Shown here: positions 1 through 13,355 of the stretch, in pieces
How positions within the stretch are numbered: position 1 is the stretch's first letter
Layout of the letters: each line of letters starts with the position of its first letter
DNA from: Catajapyx aquilonaris
Lineage: Eukaryota
Length of the DNA: 63,990 nt
Assembly (NCBI GenBank): GCA_000934665.2
Contig: KZ538105.1
Location: 62,001 to 125,990 of the forward strand
Direction: 5' to 3'
Notes under the pieces: generated by a model
What the model was told of the DNA's origin: nothing
Databases searched by the model: none
Seen by the model: the letters and a program-made list of their open reading frames with translations, nothing else
Made by a program: the position numbers and the translations under genes

Positions 1-573
1 TCTTAACATTACAGCTTATTATTTTCTCAGCTCCCAGCTGTGCCTCTAGACCATTTCCGCTAATTATTTCAACGCCTTTGGTGCAAAGAATAGAGCGCCT
101 GCTGCTTCATTATAGGTTGGCATCCCTGCGATTGAGCGATTTCAATAAAAGCCACAAACTCACGGTTCAAATAGCTTAAAGAAAGAAAAAAAATAGCGGT
201 TAGCTGCTTGCGGCCAGCAACTTCTTTTTCCATGAATTAAGTGCAGCTTCACGCCTCATTTGTTCCAAGCTGACCGTGTCTACTTGACGAGAGTCGTTAC
301 CACGGCCACAAATGCTGGACCCCCAGCCCCCTCTTTTCATTTTCCAACATTGCTCTGGTGTAATGGAACGATACGCAATTACAGGCCTCGTACCGGGAAT
401 CTCGTTACTGTATGTCACTGAGACTGGGTCGGTAGTAGTTTCAGTCAGTTTCTCTAAGGCTAGGTTTTGGTCGTGGTCCAAAGGCTAGGAGCCGCCTACT
501 TATTAGGCAGCCTCGCTCCAGGCTGCTTCACGACTAGCTACAAATTCAAGCCTCCCCCTAGGTCCACCCAGTC

Positions 574-588
574 AGCGCCATCTAGTGG
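574..588 (-). promoter_or_regulatory. CTCF-like binding motif
   Basis: The reverse complement is CCACTAGATGGCGCT, matching the bilaterian CTCF core consensus. Binding is not demonstrated. Confidence 0.6.
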
Positions 589-630
589 GGACGTCACATG
601 TAATTCGTTTAAAAATCATACCACTTTTTG

Positions 631-864
631 CAAGGGGTACTCCGGTGTACATCTGCAGTGGTACTCCTTACCAGGTACTCCTTAGGTACTCCAATGTACA
701 CTTTACATGCGCGAGTGCACGTTAAAGATCCCCAGAGTGGCCAAATTTCCAGGAGGAGGAACACCCCCTGGCGTCGCGTCGGTATTGAGCCTTGAGGCAG
801 AATAAGGCCTACGTTAAGCCCCACTGATAAGTGTACACTTTACAGTCGAGTGGCTAACCTCTTG
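631..864. mobile_element. hAT-like MITE (CAAGGGG...CTTG), family 1, interrupted by a truncated SINE
   Basis: Homologous to the intact copy at 32844-32991 (GGTACTCC repeats, TGTACACTTT.CAGTCGAGTG). Flanking 8-mers ACTTTTTG (623-630) and CCTTTTTG (865-872) match 7/8. CA..TG ends plus an 8-bp TSD are typical of hAT elements. Confidence 0.75.
708..831 (+). mobile_element. 5'-truncated copy of tRNA-derived SINE family A
   Basis: Matches the 3' half of the SINE at 42374-42646 (GCGAGTGCACGTTAAAGATC...GGCCAAATTTCC...ACGTTAAGCCCCACT). Perfect 13-bp TSD TGTACACTTTACA at 695-707 and 832-844. Confidence 0.9.
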
Positions 865-936
865 CCTTTTTGTCATTTATCATCCTGTTGGCATTCTGAA
901 CTATCCACCAGTCTCGCCAGCACCATCTAGTGATGG

Positions 937-1148
937 TAGAGAGGCTCTTGAGAGAGAGTCGCCAACGGCTGACGTCACGGTCGACTCCAATTTGCTGGAG
1001 TAGTACAAGCCTTCTGACTCCAGCCAATCGGAGTCGACCGTGTCGTCAGAGCCGGCCACTATTTCCAAGATGGCCGCCTCCATAGGACTGTAGTTTATGT
1101 CCTACTGTTGAAGTCAGAATTGGCGACTCTCTCCCTCGAACCACTCTA
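937..1148. mobile_element. hAT-like MITE with TAGAG termini
   Basis: About 29-bp imperfect TIRs: TAGAGAGGCTCTTGAGAGAGAGTCGCCAA and TTGGCGACTCTCTCCCTCGAACCACTCTA. 8-bp TSD AGTGATGG (929-936) / AGTGGTGG (1149-1156). Confidence 0.8.
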
Positions 1149-1167
1149 AGTGGTGGATGTCACATTT

Positions 1168-1864
1168 AATTCATTTAAAAAAATATGTACCAGCAGATTT
1201 TATCCTTAACTGATGCAACGTCAGAGACGGCCACTTTCCAAGATGGCGGCCTCCATAGGACCATAGTTACCAGGCAATCAGAGACGACCGTGACGTCAGC
1301 ATTGGCTACTCTCTCCTTCGAGGCGCTCCAATTCATTTAAAAAAATGTACTAACAGGTTTAATCCTTAACTGATGCAACGTCAGAGACTGTCACTATTTC
1401 CAAGATGGCGGCCTCCATAGGACCATAGTTACTCCAGCCAATCAGAAATGACCGTGACGTCAGAATTGGCGACTCTCTCCTTCGAGGCGCTCCAATTCAT
1501 TTAAAAAATGTACTAACAGGTTTAATCCTTAACTGATGCAACGTCGGAGACGGTCACTATTTCCAAGATGGCGGCCTCCATAGGACCATAGTTACCAGCC
1601 AATCAGAGACGACCGTGACGTCAGAATTGGCGACTCTCTCCTTCGAGGCGCTCCAATTCATTTAAAAAATGTACTAGCAGATTTAATCCTTAACTGATGC
1701 AACGTCAGAGACGGTCACTATTTCCAAGATGGCGGCCTCCATAGGACCATAGTTACCAGCCAATCAGAGACGACCGTGACGTCAGAATTGGCGACTCTCT
1801 CCTTCGAGGCGCTCCAATTCATTTAAAAAATGTACTAGCAGATTTAATCCTTCACTGATGCAAC
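1168..1864. repeat. Tandem array of ~161-164-bp units (about 4.3 copies) partly derived from the adjacent MITE
   Basis: AATTCATTTAAAA recurs at 1168, 1330, 1494, 1655 and 1816. Each unit carries TTTCCAAGATGGCGGCCTCCATAGGAC and TTGGCGACTCTCTCC-like sequence, both shared with the 937-1148 element. Confidence 0.95.
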
Positions 1865-2731
1865 CTTCCCACACGTTTGGTGTCAAAATGGCCTACATCC
1901 TAACTTATTGCTTCTTAAGCGTCCTTTTCCTCCATTTCACAAGTTTGCTCCGATCCAGCTTGAAGCCCAACCCAAGATTTATTTCCTTCCAAGTCTTCCG
2001 GATTAATTCACCGAATCGTCCATATTTCTGTCAGACCTGGGTAGAGAAGGTTGCTAGGGATGAATGGGGCGGAGGAAGGAGGCGTTCGATCCCCTGGAAT
2101 CTTTCACGTCTATGCTGTTTGGGTGAGGAACTTAAATTTTTTTTCCCCCAAAGCTTTTGGTACCGAATCTGAGAAGAAGTTTTTTTTGCATTTTCGATTC
2201 GGTTCTGATCGATACTCAACAGCAGACGCCTGCTGCTCTGTGTGGACATGAGCCAGCTTTTCCCACAATAGCTTGCAATTTGGGGACGTTTGGGACCCCC
2301 CCCCCCTCTCCCCTTCTTTTTTCCTATTCTGGAAGAAAAAGAAGAAGAAGAAAAAAAGATGGAAGCCTTTGGAGTAAGGTGTGAGTACCAGGGACGGTGG
2401 ACATTGTCAACTTTTTTGTAAAGGTGTGGGTTGGGTTGAATCTAGGATGGGTTCCAAGTTGTGTCCGAACGAATTCGAGGGACATCGATCGGGATTGGGG
2501 ACATACAGAGGGTCTTTGGGGGTTGGTGATAAATTACTCTCAGGAATACCTAAGGAATGTCGATAAAAGTGTCGAAAAAATAAATGACATTTGGTTGATA
2601 TTTGTTAATATTATTCGACATTCTAACATTTTTATATATTTATTATAATAAGTTATTAGCTTTTTCCACAAAAATTTCTCATGGACAAGATTGACCCCAC
2701 GACCTCCCGCATGAGCCTATCACATTACAGG

Positions 2732-3490
2732 CAGGGATGGAACCCCTAAAAGATAAGCGATGTTTGTGTTGACATTTTTCAGATCGTAAACAGTGCTATT
2801 ATATCATGTTAATGAGCATTTTGACAGTTTCAGTGTTTGTTGCAGTTTTTATGACTCGTAATCACTTATTTTTCACGTTTGATTAACATAGTTGACCTAC
2901 AATATTTTCTAGTGTATTGATCAGCAGATTTTCCATCAAATGAACAGACAATGTAACCAAATTTGTGTATACATATCAAAATAACTATTGCAACATCCCA
3001 TCTTTAACCAACTAATAAAATTACATCAGATTGACACCCGTGTTGATGTAAATAAAATCAAATTTAAAAACATTAATCGCTCTGTTATGTTGCAGTAATA
3101 TTCTATGTTGACTGCTATAATAATATATTGTTTATATGATAAAACATGCTAAGCAGAGCGTATTTTGGCGATTAATGTGGCATTATTAATTTTGCTCCAA
3201 AATAATTAGTTTCGCATCCGGTTATTACAGCAGTAACTCGGTGAATCGCGTGAGCATGCAAAAGTACTATTACATTATCGCAGGATAAGTGTAAAATATA
3301 CCCCCCTGCATATTGCCTATTAATTTATAAATAATATTATGTTCATTTGAGTGTATTTAAATTCAGCTTGAATGTGATCAAGTTGCAATTTTTTCTTTTC
3401 TGATGTATCGATACATATCGATATTTTTGGGTGACATATTGGGCCCGATATGACGTCATTGGCCATGATTGGTTGAAGCTTCCATCACTG
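2732..3490. mobile_element. Possible old hAT-like non-autonomous element
   Basis: Ends CAGGGATGGAA and TTCCATCACTG are inverted at 10/11, with internal ATCGATACATATCGAT motifs. No TSD is recognisable. Confidence 0.3.
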
Positions 3491-4999
3491 CTCCTGAGAA
3501 ATATTTAATGGTAATTTCCATTTTATTGATAGGATTTATTTAATTTAATTTAAATTTTGTGTACATTTAATAAGCATATTAGAGTGTTCGGTTTCAATGC
3601 GATTCTGAATAGGCTACTCAATATGACTTCAAATATCCCAACACCTTCACCTAAACAGTTTACATGCAAAATAATACTCAGAAGTCCATAAATAGCCGAT
3701 AGTTCAAAGTAATAGCCATGCATATTCCAGCCCTCACGTAGTTTTATAGCCAGTTACTATCGGTGTGCAAATCAAAACACGTTACTACCTAGCAAAAAAT
3801 ACCCGTGATATTACACCATAGCAATATACGACACAACCCTTTTTAAAACCCCCTCCAACTTCTTTCCAACCCTCCGAATCACCTGCAACATATTTCTTCC
3901 AATATTGCCACCATCATTGCCACATATTTCTCTCTTAAAGCTACGAAAATCATTTTGAACCGAATAAAGTTTGACGACGGTCGTTGCATACGATGCGTTC
4001 CTCAGCAACACCTCCTTTTCTCTCTCTCCCAAGGAGCAAGGAACCATTCCTTCCAAACTCTTCGGGCAATGTTCCAAGTGACTTCAACTTTCTTTTTTTT
4101 CTTGAAGGGGACACCCCCTATTCTCCAAGAAGCTCCATCACCATGCCCACACTCCAAAGTGGCGAAACTATTGACATTGGACTCGAGCCATATTTTCTTC
4201 CTTTTTTTTTAAAGGTCCTATGTGCATGTCCTTTCTTAAAACACGAAGAGGGCTGGTCGGCCATTCTTATTTCAACGGACCAATCGAAGATACCTACACA
4301 TATGCTGGCTAAGGTGAATTTTGGTTGGTTGACACAAGTGTAGCCCACACCTTTTTAAGTTTCCCCCCCAAAAAATTTTTTGAGGTAAAAGGTCACCGCT
4401 TCCCATACGCCCCCGACCCGGGTGGTAGATCTTAAACATCCCACTAATCATTTTCAAATTACATCCGCGGAACCGGCGGAACCGATAATCAAAAAAACAA
4501 TACAAGGTGGTTAGGCCCACCCACCTATCCTTATTTTGTCGCTATTAAAGGTTGACGAAGCAAAGCCTCCCAGGAAGAGCTTTTTACCGAAATATTCACG
4601 CCGCCTCTATTTTTTGATGGATAGGTTTGGCTTCTTATTAAACCATGATGTACATCCAACACAGGACCCCCCTCATTGTTAGGCCTCATTACAATCATTA
4701 GGCGTGGGGAAAAGCACACTTTGAGCAGGGTGGTCGCAGTCAGCATTTCCTACATAATAATGAGTTTACAAAAATGTTGGCAGGCGCCTTTTGAAAAACA
4801 TGCTGGGGTGTCATATGGCACTCGATACCCACCACTTAGGCCGGTTTTGGGGGGGAAATGTGGGATGTACTTTGGTCTAAATAAGTGGGGGGAGGTGGCC
4901 ATTTTTGAATTTGCAACATGATGCCTCCTGCTGGATGAAAGGTTAAGTTTGAAAACGCCGCTCAAAATGGCTCTAATTTACATATGGTGCTCCTGCGAC

Positions 5000-5470
5000 T
5001 TCTATTTATTATTTACATTAATAAAATCAATTTACATTAATTTTACATTATTTATTTATTTTATTAATGCTTTAGTTTAGTTTTATTTTTATTTCGATTA
5101 TTTTATTTCATTTTTATTTCGGTTAACTTTTAAATTTATGTTTATTTCATTATCATTTAGTAATTTATTATTTATTTTATTTTATTAGTTGATATTATTA
5201 CATTAGTTTATATTATATTAGTTTATATTAGTTTATTTGTTTATTTATTTTATTATTTATTAGTTTATTTATTTTATTATTTTAGCACTATTAGTTTATT
5301 TCGTTACGATGTTTTATTTGATATAGGTTAATTAATATACCCAGATTATACCGGTATCTATCATTTTTGTATTAATTAATATATTTATCATTTTTGTATT
5401 AATTTAACTTATTACGTCATTAATATTAAACTTATTTACATTAATAAAATTAATCACTTTTAAAAACTGT
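5000..5470. repeat. AT-rich low-complexity island (T-biased)
   Basis: Nearly pure A/T with degenerate TTTA/TTAT iterations. Confidence 0.85.
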
Positions 5471-7888
5471 TTAAGGACAGATGCTTGTAAATTAAACTTG
5501 GACTCGCTTGGACTATTCCTAAGTGTGACGTCACTACTGACTTTGACAACAATTGTTATTTGAAGGGCGACCAAAGCTTGCAATAATTAAGGGAATGAAC
5601 TAACTATAGATCACAAATAGGGACAGAGCCTCCTATTCGACACGTCAGCCATTTTAGTGGGCTTAGTACATCCCATGCCTAAGAATGTCCACACATGCTC
5701 TCCTACAGTCATTCCGCTAATAAATGATCTGTTTGCTCAGCAGGGGCTGCGTAAACAAAGCGCTCTATCCTTTCCAAATGGATATTAGTGCCGAGGAGGG
5801 GGGAAAAGCCCCAGTAAAAAATGGTGGGGGCCCACCAAAAATAAGCTTAATAGTGACAAAGAATCCGCCATCGGGGCCAACATGAATAAAGTCGAGTCAG
5901 CAAAATGGCAGCGAAGGCCGTTGAAACAATGGAGTCATTATTCTAGAGGAGGTGAGGCCATATGCCTATGGCTACGGTGCATAAAAACAGATCTGGAACT
6001 TTTTTGTGATGTTACACATTTAGTTCGGTCAAGAACCCTTCCTCACATGTCAAGTGTCTGTGTCGTGAAACCAACCTTTGTTCCAAGTATTGTTGAGGCC
6101 GCATGGCTGATTAATATTTTCCTCATTGCGACATAGCAACGTGACTGCCAATAGCATTTTAGCACGTCTCCCATACACCTGTCCTGCTCATCACATAAAA
6201 ATATATGGGGCAACAGGTACGGCAAATGCCAGTACACGTGTGCGTCTTGTCCAATCAGTCCCGGTACACCCGGCACGTTCTGTTAGTCCAGTGATTAGCT
6301 AAATATTTACACAGGGAGCTGTTCGTACTCATATTAACAGAGGGAGATAGCCTGCAATAATTTGGTGCAAATACGCGTGGGATTAACTACATAATTCGAA
6401 TTATCCAGTTGGTGTAAATGCGGCTCGGAGCACCATGGGTGTGATGAAGTCCGATTACGAGATGGCGCTGTGAACAACGACACAAAAATTCGTAAAATTT
6501 AATGTAAAAAAATTTAACACATGTAGCTAATTAACAATATAAAAATAACGATTTTATTTTTATATTGTTAACCACCGCTAGGGACATCTGGCTGGCAACC
6601 CTGCAAAGCATGGCACCTTGTCAAAAGTTGTTGACGGAGATTAATGGCAAGTTTGGCCCAGCCAGACGAAAGCATGCTAACACGACCTTCGTCACCAGGC
6701 CTGGAATGTCAGTCGTGTCCTCCGCTTCACGACCAGATGCTTTAAGTCCTAACAACAAAAAAATATATAGGAACTTCTACACTAGAAAATATCGCTCTAG
6801 TCCCAGATTTTCGAGGTTAATTTGATTAACAAACTCAACTCCGTGCTCAGCTGGCGACAAAAATTCAATTTACGGTCTCTCCCTGGTATATATCCAGCCG
6901 TAAATTTCATTCCAAACACCTGCCCATTTCTGTTTCGCCACCTTTAAACGATCAGATTCCTCCCATTCCAATGTGTAAGTGTCGCTCGTTAAATCCTCTC
7001 CAAAACCAGATGCCAATACCCCAGTTTTTTTTGTACCTAAAAGGCACAATAAAATTAATGCATTGCACAATAGAGTACATCCGTTGAATAATCGAATAAA
7101 TTGCAATTACACCCTGTGCTGAATGTCTTGGTGTTAAAAGGGGCAGGCCCTTTCCCCTCATAAAACCGGGCGTTAACTTACTGTAACCCGCCATGAAACC
7201 AAGCTTTGAATACTGATTTTCTATAAAGACGTCTTCTAACGTGTTTCTTTCGTTCGCCACCAGGGGAGTTTTCAATTTGTTAATCAAATCCTTTTGAAAC
7301 AAGACAATTACCCCGAGAGGATGGTCACATTATCAAGGCCGTAAACCGGCATTAGGAGCCTTGTTATGTTCCGGCGAATAGAGCATGAACGGTACACAAG
7401 CCGAGCAGCGTTGAGTGAGGACAGAGTAGGAATGGCCAATTAGGGAGCACGGGTTGAGCCAGCCAAAGTGCTGCCTGCGGTCTGGAGAGGGTGCAGATTT
7501 TGTACCTTTTGCCTTGGGTCCATTGGGGGATTATGCCACGGAGGAACCTAGATTTGCGACTAGAGCACTGGATAAACACATCCATGGAGGGTGGACTGGT
7601 CTATGAGCCGGCGTGACGCGGCGAGTCAGGTATTCCTATGCATATCAACATTAAAGAATTTTTTATGGTTCTTGTATCGCACATATGTGGACCAAACTTA
7701 CAACCCTAGTAGAAAAGATTTGTGCGGATATTTTACATATTTTTATTTGCATATAGTCGTTAGTAGGCTTACAAATTTAATTTGTGCAAACTTTGAAACC
7801 AGTTTTTGCACAGGTTAGAACCTTCTAAAAATTCAGGATTTAGCACCATTGGCAGCACAAAACCGGGTTTTACATGCATTGTCACTTT

Positions 7889-8085
7889 CAGGAGTACGGT
7901 AGCAGACCTGAAGCTGAATTGAACCTCCAAGAGTGACTAGACTGCCCTCTACCTCACATCATTTTGAGGATTGATACTATATATTACGACGGACTTCAAA
8001 CGAACTTCAATCTCGGTGTACTAAGGTCTCCATAAGTGACTAACCCCTCGGTAATTTCAGATTCAGGTCTGCTACCTTACTCCTG
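7889..8085. mobile_element. MITE with ~32-bp TIRs
   Basis: CAGGAGTACGGTAGCAGACCTGAAGCTGAATT versus AATTTCAGATTCAGGTCTGCTACCTTACTCCTG. The TSD is unclear, so no superfamily is assigned. Confidence 0.75.
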
Positions 8086-9193
8086 ACTATCCAACTGATA
8101 ATTAAGTAAAACACACACGATCCAACCACCTCAGTAGAATAACTAACATCTAGGGAGTGCTTTTTCGCTTCATTAACACCTCCCCCTGGCTAGTTAGCCA
8201 TCTCCCACGTTATATAAAAAAGCGCGCGTGGCAAATAAGCACAAACACTAACAGGTTCATTATAATTTTAAACTCTAATTACATTTCCAAGCCCAGGAAT
8301 ATTGTCTTGCATGCAGCGGCGTTAATCCCGAGCTAATCTCCGAATCTTGTCTCTTGATGACATTGGCACGGCAATGAGATTAAANCCCCCCCTCCTGCTC
8401 TCCCTACAAGCTTTTTTTTGTCTCCCCTAGCAGCTTTTCTCAGATGTTGCAACGAGTGCCACACAATTAACATCAATTTGCAGAGTCGTAGGGGGAAGAC
8501 GTTCATGAATCAAAAAAAGTTTTTTTTTTTGCTAAAATTCCATGACACTTGGAACTTTCTTCCCCTCATCTTCAACCCCCAAAAAGTTACAAAATATCTC
8601 AATTCTTCCCCCCTTTTTTCAAATTTAAAAAAAAAGTATATAAGAAAAGGGGGGAAATCTCGTACCTTGATAATTAAACATCAAGAAAAAAAAGTTTTCT
8701 GAAATTGTTCAGAAAAAAAAAGTTTTTTTTATTGTTCTTTGACTGAGAGCACAAGCGAGGGGTGAAGTCATAATGGAACGTAATTTTGGCTGCACGTCGC
8801 CACATAAATCTTGCGAGATAGAGCCAGTTGTAACTTTATGGCATAGTTGGCGGCGCATTCTCGCGTGTCTTGATGGAGCCCCCTGTACAACAAGGATACA
8901 TGCGAAGGACTTTTAAAAAAAGAGAAAAGAAATAGAAGCTGGCAAATAGGATTCGTCTAGACATCATGTGAACCAGCATTTATTGGGTTATTAATTTTAA
9001 AGGGTATATTGCAACAATAGGTCCAGACTGACTTGGCTTGATCATATTTGCAATGAAATCTATTTGTGATAAAAAATTTATGATGATTGTGTAATTATTT
9101 TAATGTTTGTTACCACGAAATGTCGATATTATTGAAATAACATGTAATATTCATAGGTGGGGGCTTCAAAATATTTTATAAGAATATCATATA

Positions 9194-9470
9194 CGACAAT
9201 ATTGTTTAAATATTCGACAATATTTTTTAAATAGTCGACAATATTTTGTAAGTAGTAGACAATATTTTTTAAAATATTCGACAACATTGTTTAAATATTC
9301 GACAATATTGTTTAAATATTCGACAATATTTTGTAAGTAGTAGACAATATTTTTTAAATAGTCGACAATATTATGTAAGTACTGTAGTAGACAATATTTT
9401 TAAAAATATCCGACAATATTTTTAAATAGTCGACAATATTTTTTAAATAGTCGACAATATTGTTTAAATA
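9194..9470. repeat. ~21-22-bp AT-rich minisatellite
   Basis: About 12 repeats of CGACAATATTTTTTAAATAGT-like units. Confidence 0.9.
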
Positions 9471-12400
9471 TGCGTCAGTTTCCAAACAAAATTTATATTG
9501 TCTAAACAGCATTACCAACATGAAAAAATATTCCGAAAAATCTAATACGGAAGTCATGATATTGCACAGACAAATATGACGCTGGTTCACTTATTTAAGG
9601 CATAAAAACTCGGTTTCAGTATAAAACAGCACCCATAAAATTATCCTCCAAAAAACCTCTAACTAAAAAAAACACACCCTGCGACTATCCTCCACTCCCT
9701 GCTTTTATAGCGTTATTAATTTCGACTGACCTCCCCTCAAAAAAGCGGTTCCCATTAGCGACAAGATATAACCAGGGTTTTACCTTATCAAGAATAAAGT
9801 TAACCAAAGTGCCGTTTCGTGTACACCTAATAAAAGAAGAGAGCTTATCCTGTCCTACCCTTATTTTTTTGTCGAGTTTTGTGTCACTCCTGACCTCCAC
9901 AGGTTAACATTTTGGTCAATCCCACACATGCGGAGCTCAGAGGCTAAACGAAAGATGGTAACATCCATTAAGAACCGGTCCTGAGCCAATTGTTAGAATC
10001 TATAGAATCTTCCAGCTTAAAAAAAATAATAACAGGTCATTTCTAGTCTGGACACGCAGCCATCTTTGAGGCTCATTGCGCATGCGCACAGGCACCTCAT
10101 GCCCTGGACTAATAGAATCGCATAATTAAAACGTAACCCAGTGGGCATCGGGGCTGGTTGGAAACATTTGAAGCATGCAGAGGAATTCTTCTTCCTTATG
10201 TGGACATGATCTGCATACATATGGGGTTTGGGTTGGAGAAGGACGCCCTCATTAAGAGGCGTAGACTTAGACCCGTTTTGAGCTCGTCTTAGAAGGCGTA
10301 ATGTCAACATGGATCGAATTATATTGGGATGTAAGGACCTGAGGGGAAAATTACTTGGAGGAGGCTTAAGTGGGTTTTGTTGATCGAGAGAGTTTCAAGT
10401 TGAGCGGGGTTTTAATTGGCTGGGAAGATGGTGTGTCACATTCCGTCACATGGGCCTAAATTGCCAAATTTTTTTTAAAAAAATCTGTATGTCCAATGAT
10501 ATTTTTGCTACCAAGAGGGCAGCATTGTCTACATTGTTTTTTTAAGGAACCACCAGAGGGTCCAGTTTCCTTTTCGATCTTTTTTTGTGAAACCTCCGGT
10601 CCCCCTTGGGAAAAAGGACAGGGTGTCACCACCCTGATTTATGATCCCTGCCCTCTCCCGTCACTGTTTTGAATTCACCGCCAGAGCGTATCTCGGTTTA
10701 TTAGCATGTATCTTGTAGATATGATCCGGGAGACGGGTCAGGGAGTGCTGACAATGGGGTCTGCTGCCACAATTCATTATAATTGCGTTTCCTTCCGCAC
10801 CTTCCAAACCCATATAGAGCTTGATCTGAGATCAAAATGATTCTCATTTGAGAGCTCACAAAAAAATATATAGTGTTTTAATGAGTCAAAGGATGCCGGA
10901 GAATATCACCACAAATCTCATCAAAATTTTTTCTCCTTCTTTTGAGAGTTATACCCAAATGAAGATATCATTCTGCGGCTCAGCTGATTGCAAGAGCAGG
11001 TAGAGACGTTGCCATCAACAGATGATGGATCAATCGCGGCCAAGAAATAAATAACCTCCTGGAGGTCCCCTTTGACTTTTCATCTTAAATCTCTCTAGAA
11101 TATACGCCACGTTTGAACCTCCCCCCCCCCCCCAATACTGATCAAAGAGTCAGACATAATTCATGTTCCGCCTTGGGAACAAGACATGTAAATAATTGTT
11201 ACACTTTTTACATTTAAATAAATTATTTTGATATCATATATTCGTTTACTTTTATGTAACAACTTTTCAAATATTATTTATTTATATTTAATATTAATTA
11301 TCAAACTTATTTATTTAAGTATAATTTATGTATATTTATTTAAACACGACTGTTTACTTGTTTTTGTTGTGTATTTTATATATCTGTTAATTGATTCCCT
11401 GATTTGTTTGAATGCTATGATTTATATTTGATTAGGTTATTTATTATTTATTATTTATTTATTTTGTAATGTACCGTACTTGTTATAATTTTGTTGTAAC
11501 TTGTATGAATTTGTCAGATAGAGCTACAATTTGTTTATTAATGATTTGAACTATTAAATTTTAGTTTCAACAATTAATAAAGCCGATTCATTTACACAAA
11601 ATAATGTCCACACCTCCAAGTCTGTTTATTTTTTTTTGTAAAATATATATTGCAGTGTGACGTCACATAAATCGGCACTTTAATCAGCACCGTGCGGACT
11701 AATTGCGGTTGAAAATTAAATCTATCGATCATCCAAAATTTAAACAGTTTGCATCCGTATTGACATGTAGTGTACACACCCAACTGCAGATACACACCCA
11801 TCCCTCCTCTTCATATTATGCGGCCACACCAGAACAATTTCATGCAGGCAAAGTGGTCCTCTTTTACCTACCCTTGGCATTGTTGATCTTGTTAACTGTG
11901 GCCATCAGCTGTTCAACGCGCCGGAAAAAAATACTGTTACAAAAACATGGCGCGTTCCAGCACCAGACTGTACTTATGTGTTGCCATAAAGCACGAACTG
12001 GCAGTGGCTACCCACATTTTTTAACAATGGCTACCCAACCCCCAGTTTCACCCCCGAAACCAGAAATCAACAAAGTATAGGTAATAAAAACAGGGCTAAT
12101 TGCACCGATCAAGTAATTTGTGCACCATTTTCATAAAAGATCTGCGGTATAAGCGCGGTCGAACTATCATTATTTATCCACATGACAACATGGAACAATA
12201 TTGAAAGGTAAATGATGAACCCCCCTCTGGTACAGGCTGGATCCACCCCATATGTATTTATACTCAAAACATTGGATACGCGTATGAGTACTCACTTTAT
12301 GCATTAAATTCTTGTGTGCATTATGTGACACTGAAATTGACACTTGTGGGTGACATGATTGTCTAGTTGCATTTAAAGTGTGTATATAGCGTTTTATTGT

Positions 12401-12520
12401 TTATGCCTGTCCTGGATTATTTATTAATTAAAAATTTAGTTTAATATGTTAATGAATAAATACGAGCGTAATATTATTTTTCATCAAAATACTGATACAC
12501 AAGCACTTTGATACTCTCAG

Positions 12521-12572
12521 CCTTTAGATGGCGCCACCACCGCGTCTTTTCCGAAGTGGCGCCATCTACTGG
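12521..12572. promoter_or_regulatory. Convergent pair of CTCF-like motifs forming a 13-bp inverted repeat
   Basis: TAGATGGCGCCAC at 12525-12537 and GTGGCGCCATCTA at 12556-12568. The minus-strand site reads CCAGTAGATGGCGCC. Confidence 0.55.
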
Positions 12573-12862
12573 AAAGAAATGCAAATATACCCACAATCCG
12601 TAGAACAAACTGGTTGTATTTTATGAAATCGAATGGGGTGGGCCTGGTGGTTTCTTGAGCCGACTCTTGATCGACTAACCCGGGAGTGGAAAGATGGAAG
12701 AAGCGGTTCTTTGATAGTAAGCGGGAAGCCTTTCATCTTTTTCCCCAGCCTCCCACTCCCTCCCTACGGATCCAGCATTTGATACGTAAATAATGTCATC
12801 ATCGTTGGGATGGCAGGATAGGCCATGCCATTGGTAGAACCTCTGAAGTATAGTCATTTCAC

Positions 12863-13355
12863 CATACGAGTACACTATTCGAGCACACTATACGAGTACA
12901 CTATACGAGTACTGTACACTATACGAGTACTGTACATTATACGAGTACACTATACGAGTACTGTACATTATACGAGTACACTATACGAGTACTGTACATT
13001 ATACGAGTACACTATACGAGTACTGTACATTATACGAGTACACTATACGAGTACTGTACATTATACGAGTACACTATACGAGTACTGTACATTATACGAG
13101 TACACTATACGAGTACTGTACACTATACGAGTACTGTACATTATACGAGTACACTATACGAGTACTGTACATCATACGAGTACACTATACGAGTACTGTA
13201 CATTATACGAGTACACTATACGAGTACTGTACATTATACGAGTACTGTACACTGTACGAGTACTGTACACTGTACGAGTACTGTACACTATACGAGTACT
13301 GTACACTATACGAGTACTGTACACTATACGAGTACACTATACGAGTACACTATAC
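12863..13355. repeat. Minisatellite of alternating 13-bp and 18-bp subunits (31-bp higher-order unit)
   Basis: TATACGAGTACAC and TATACGAGTACTGTACAT are iterated. Confidence 0.95.

Noticed and set aside
6870..7302. Overlapping minus-strand ORFs as a transposase or gene fragment
   Set aside because: No recognisable domain, catalytic motif or splice context.
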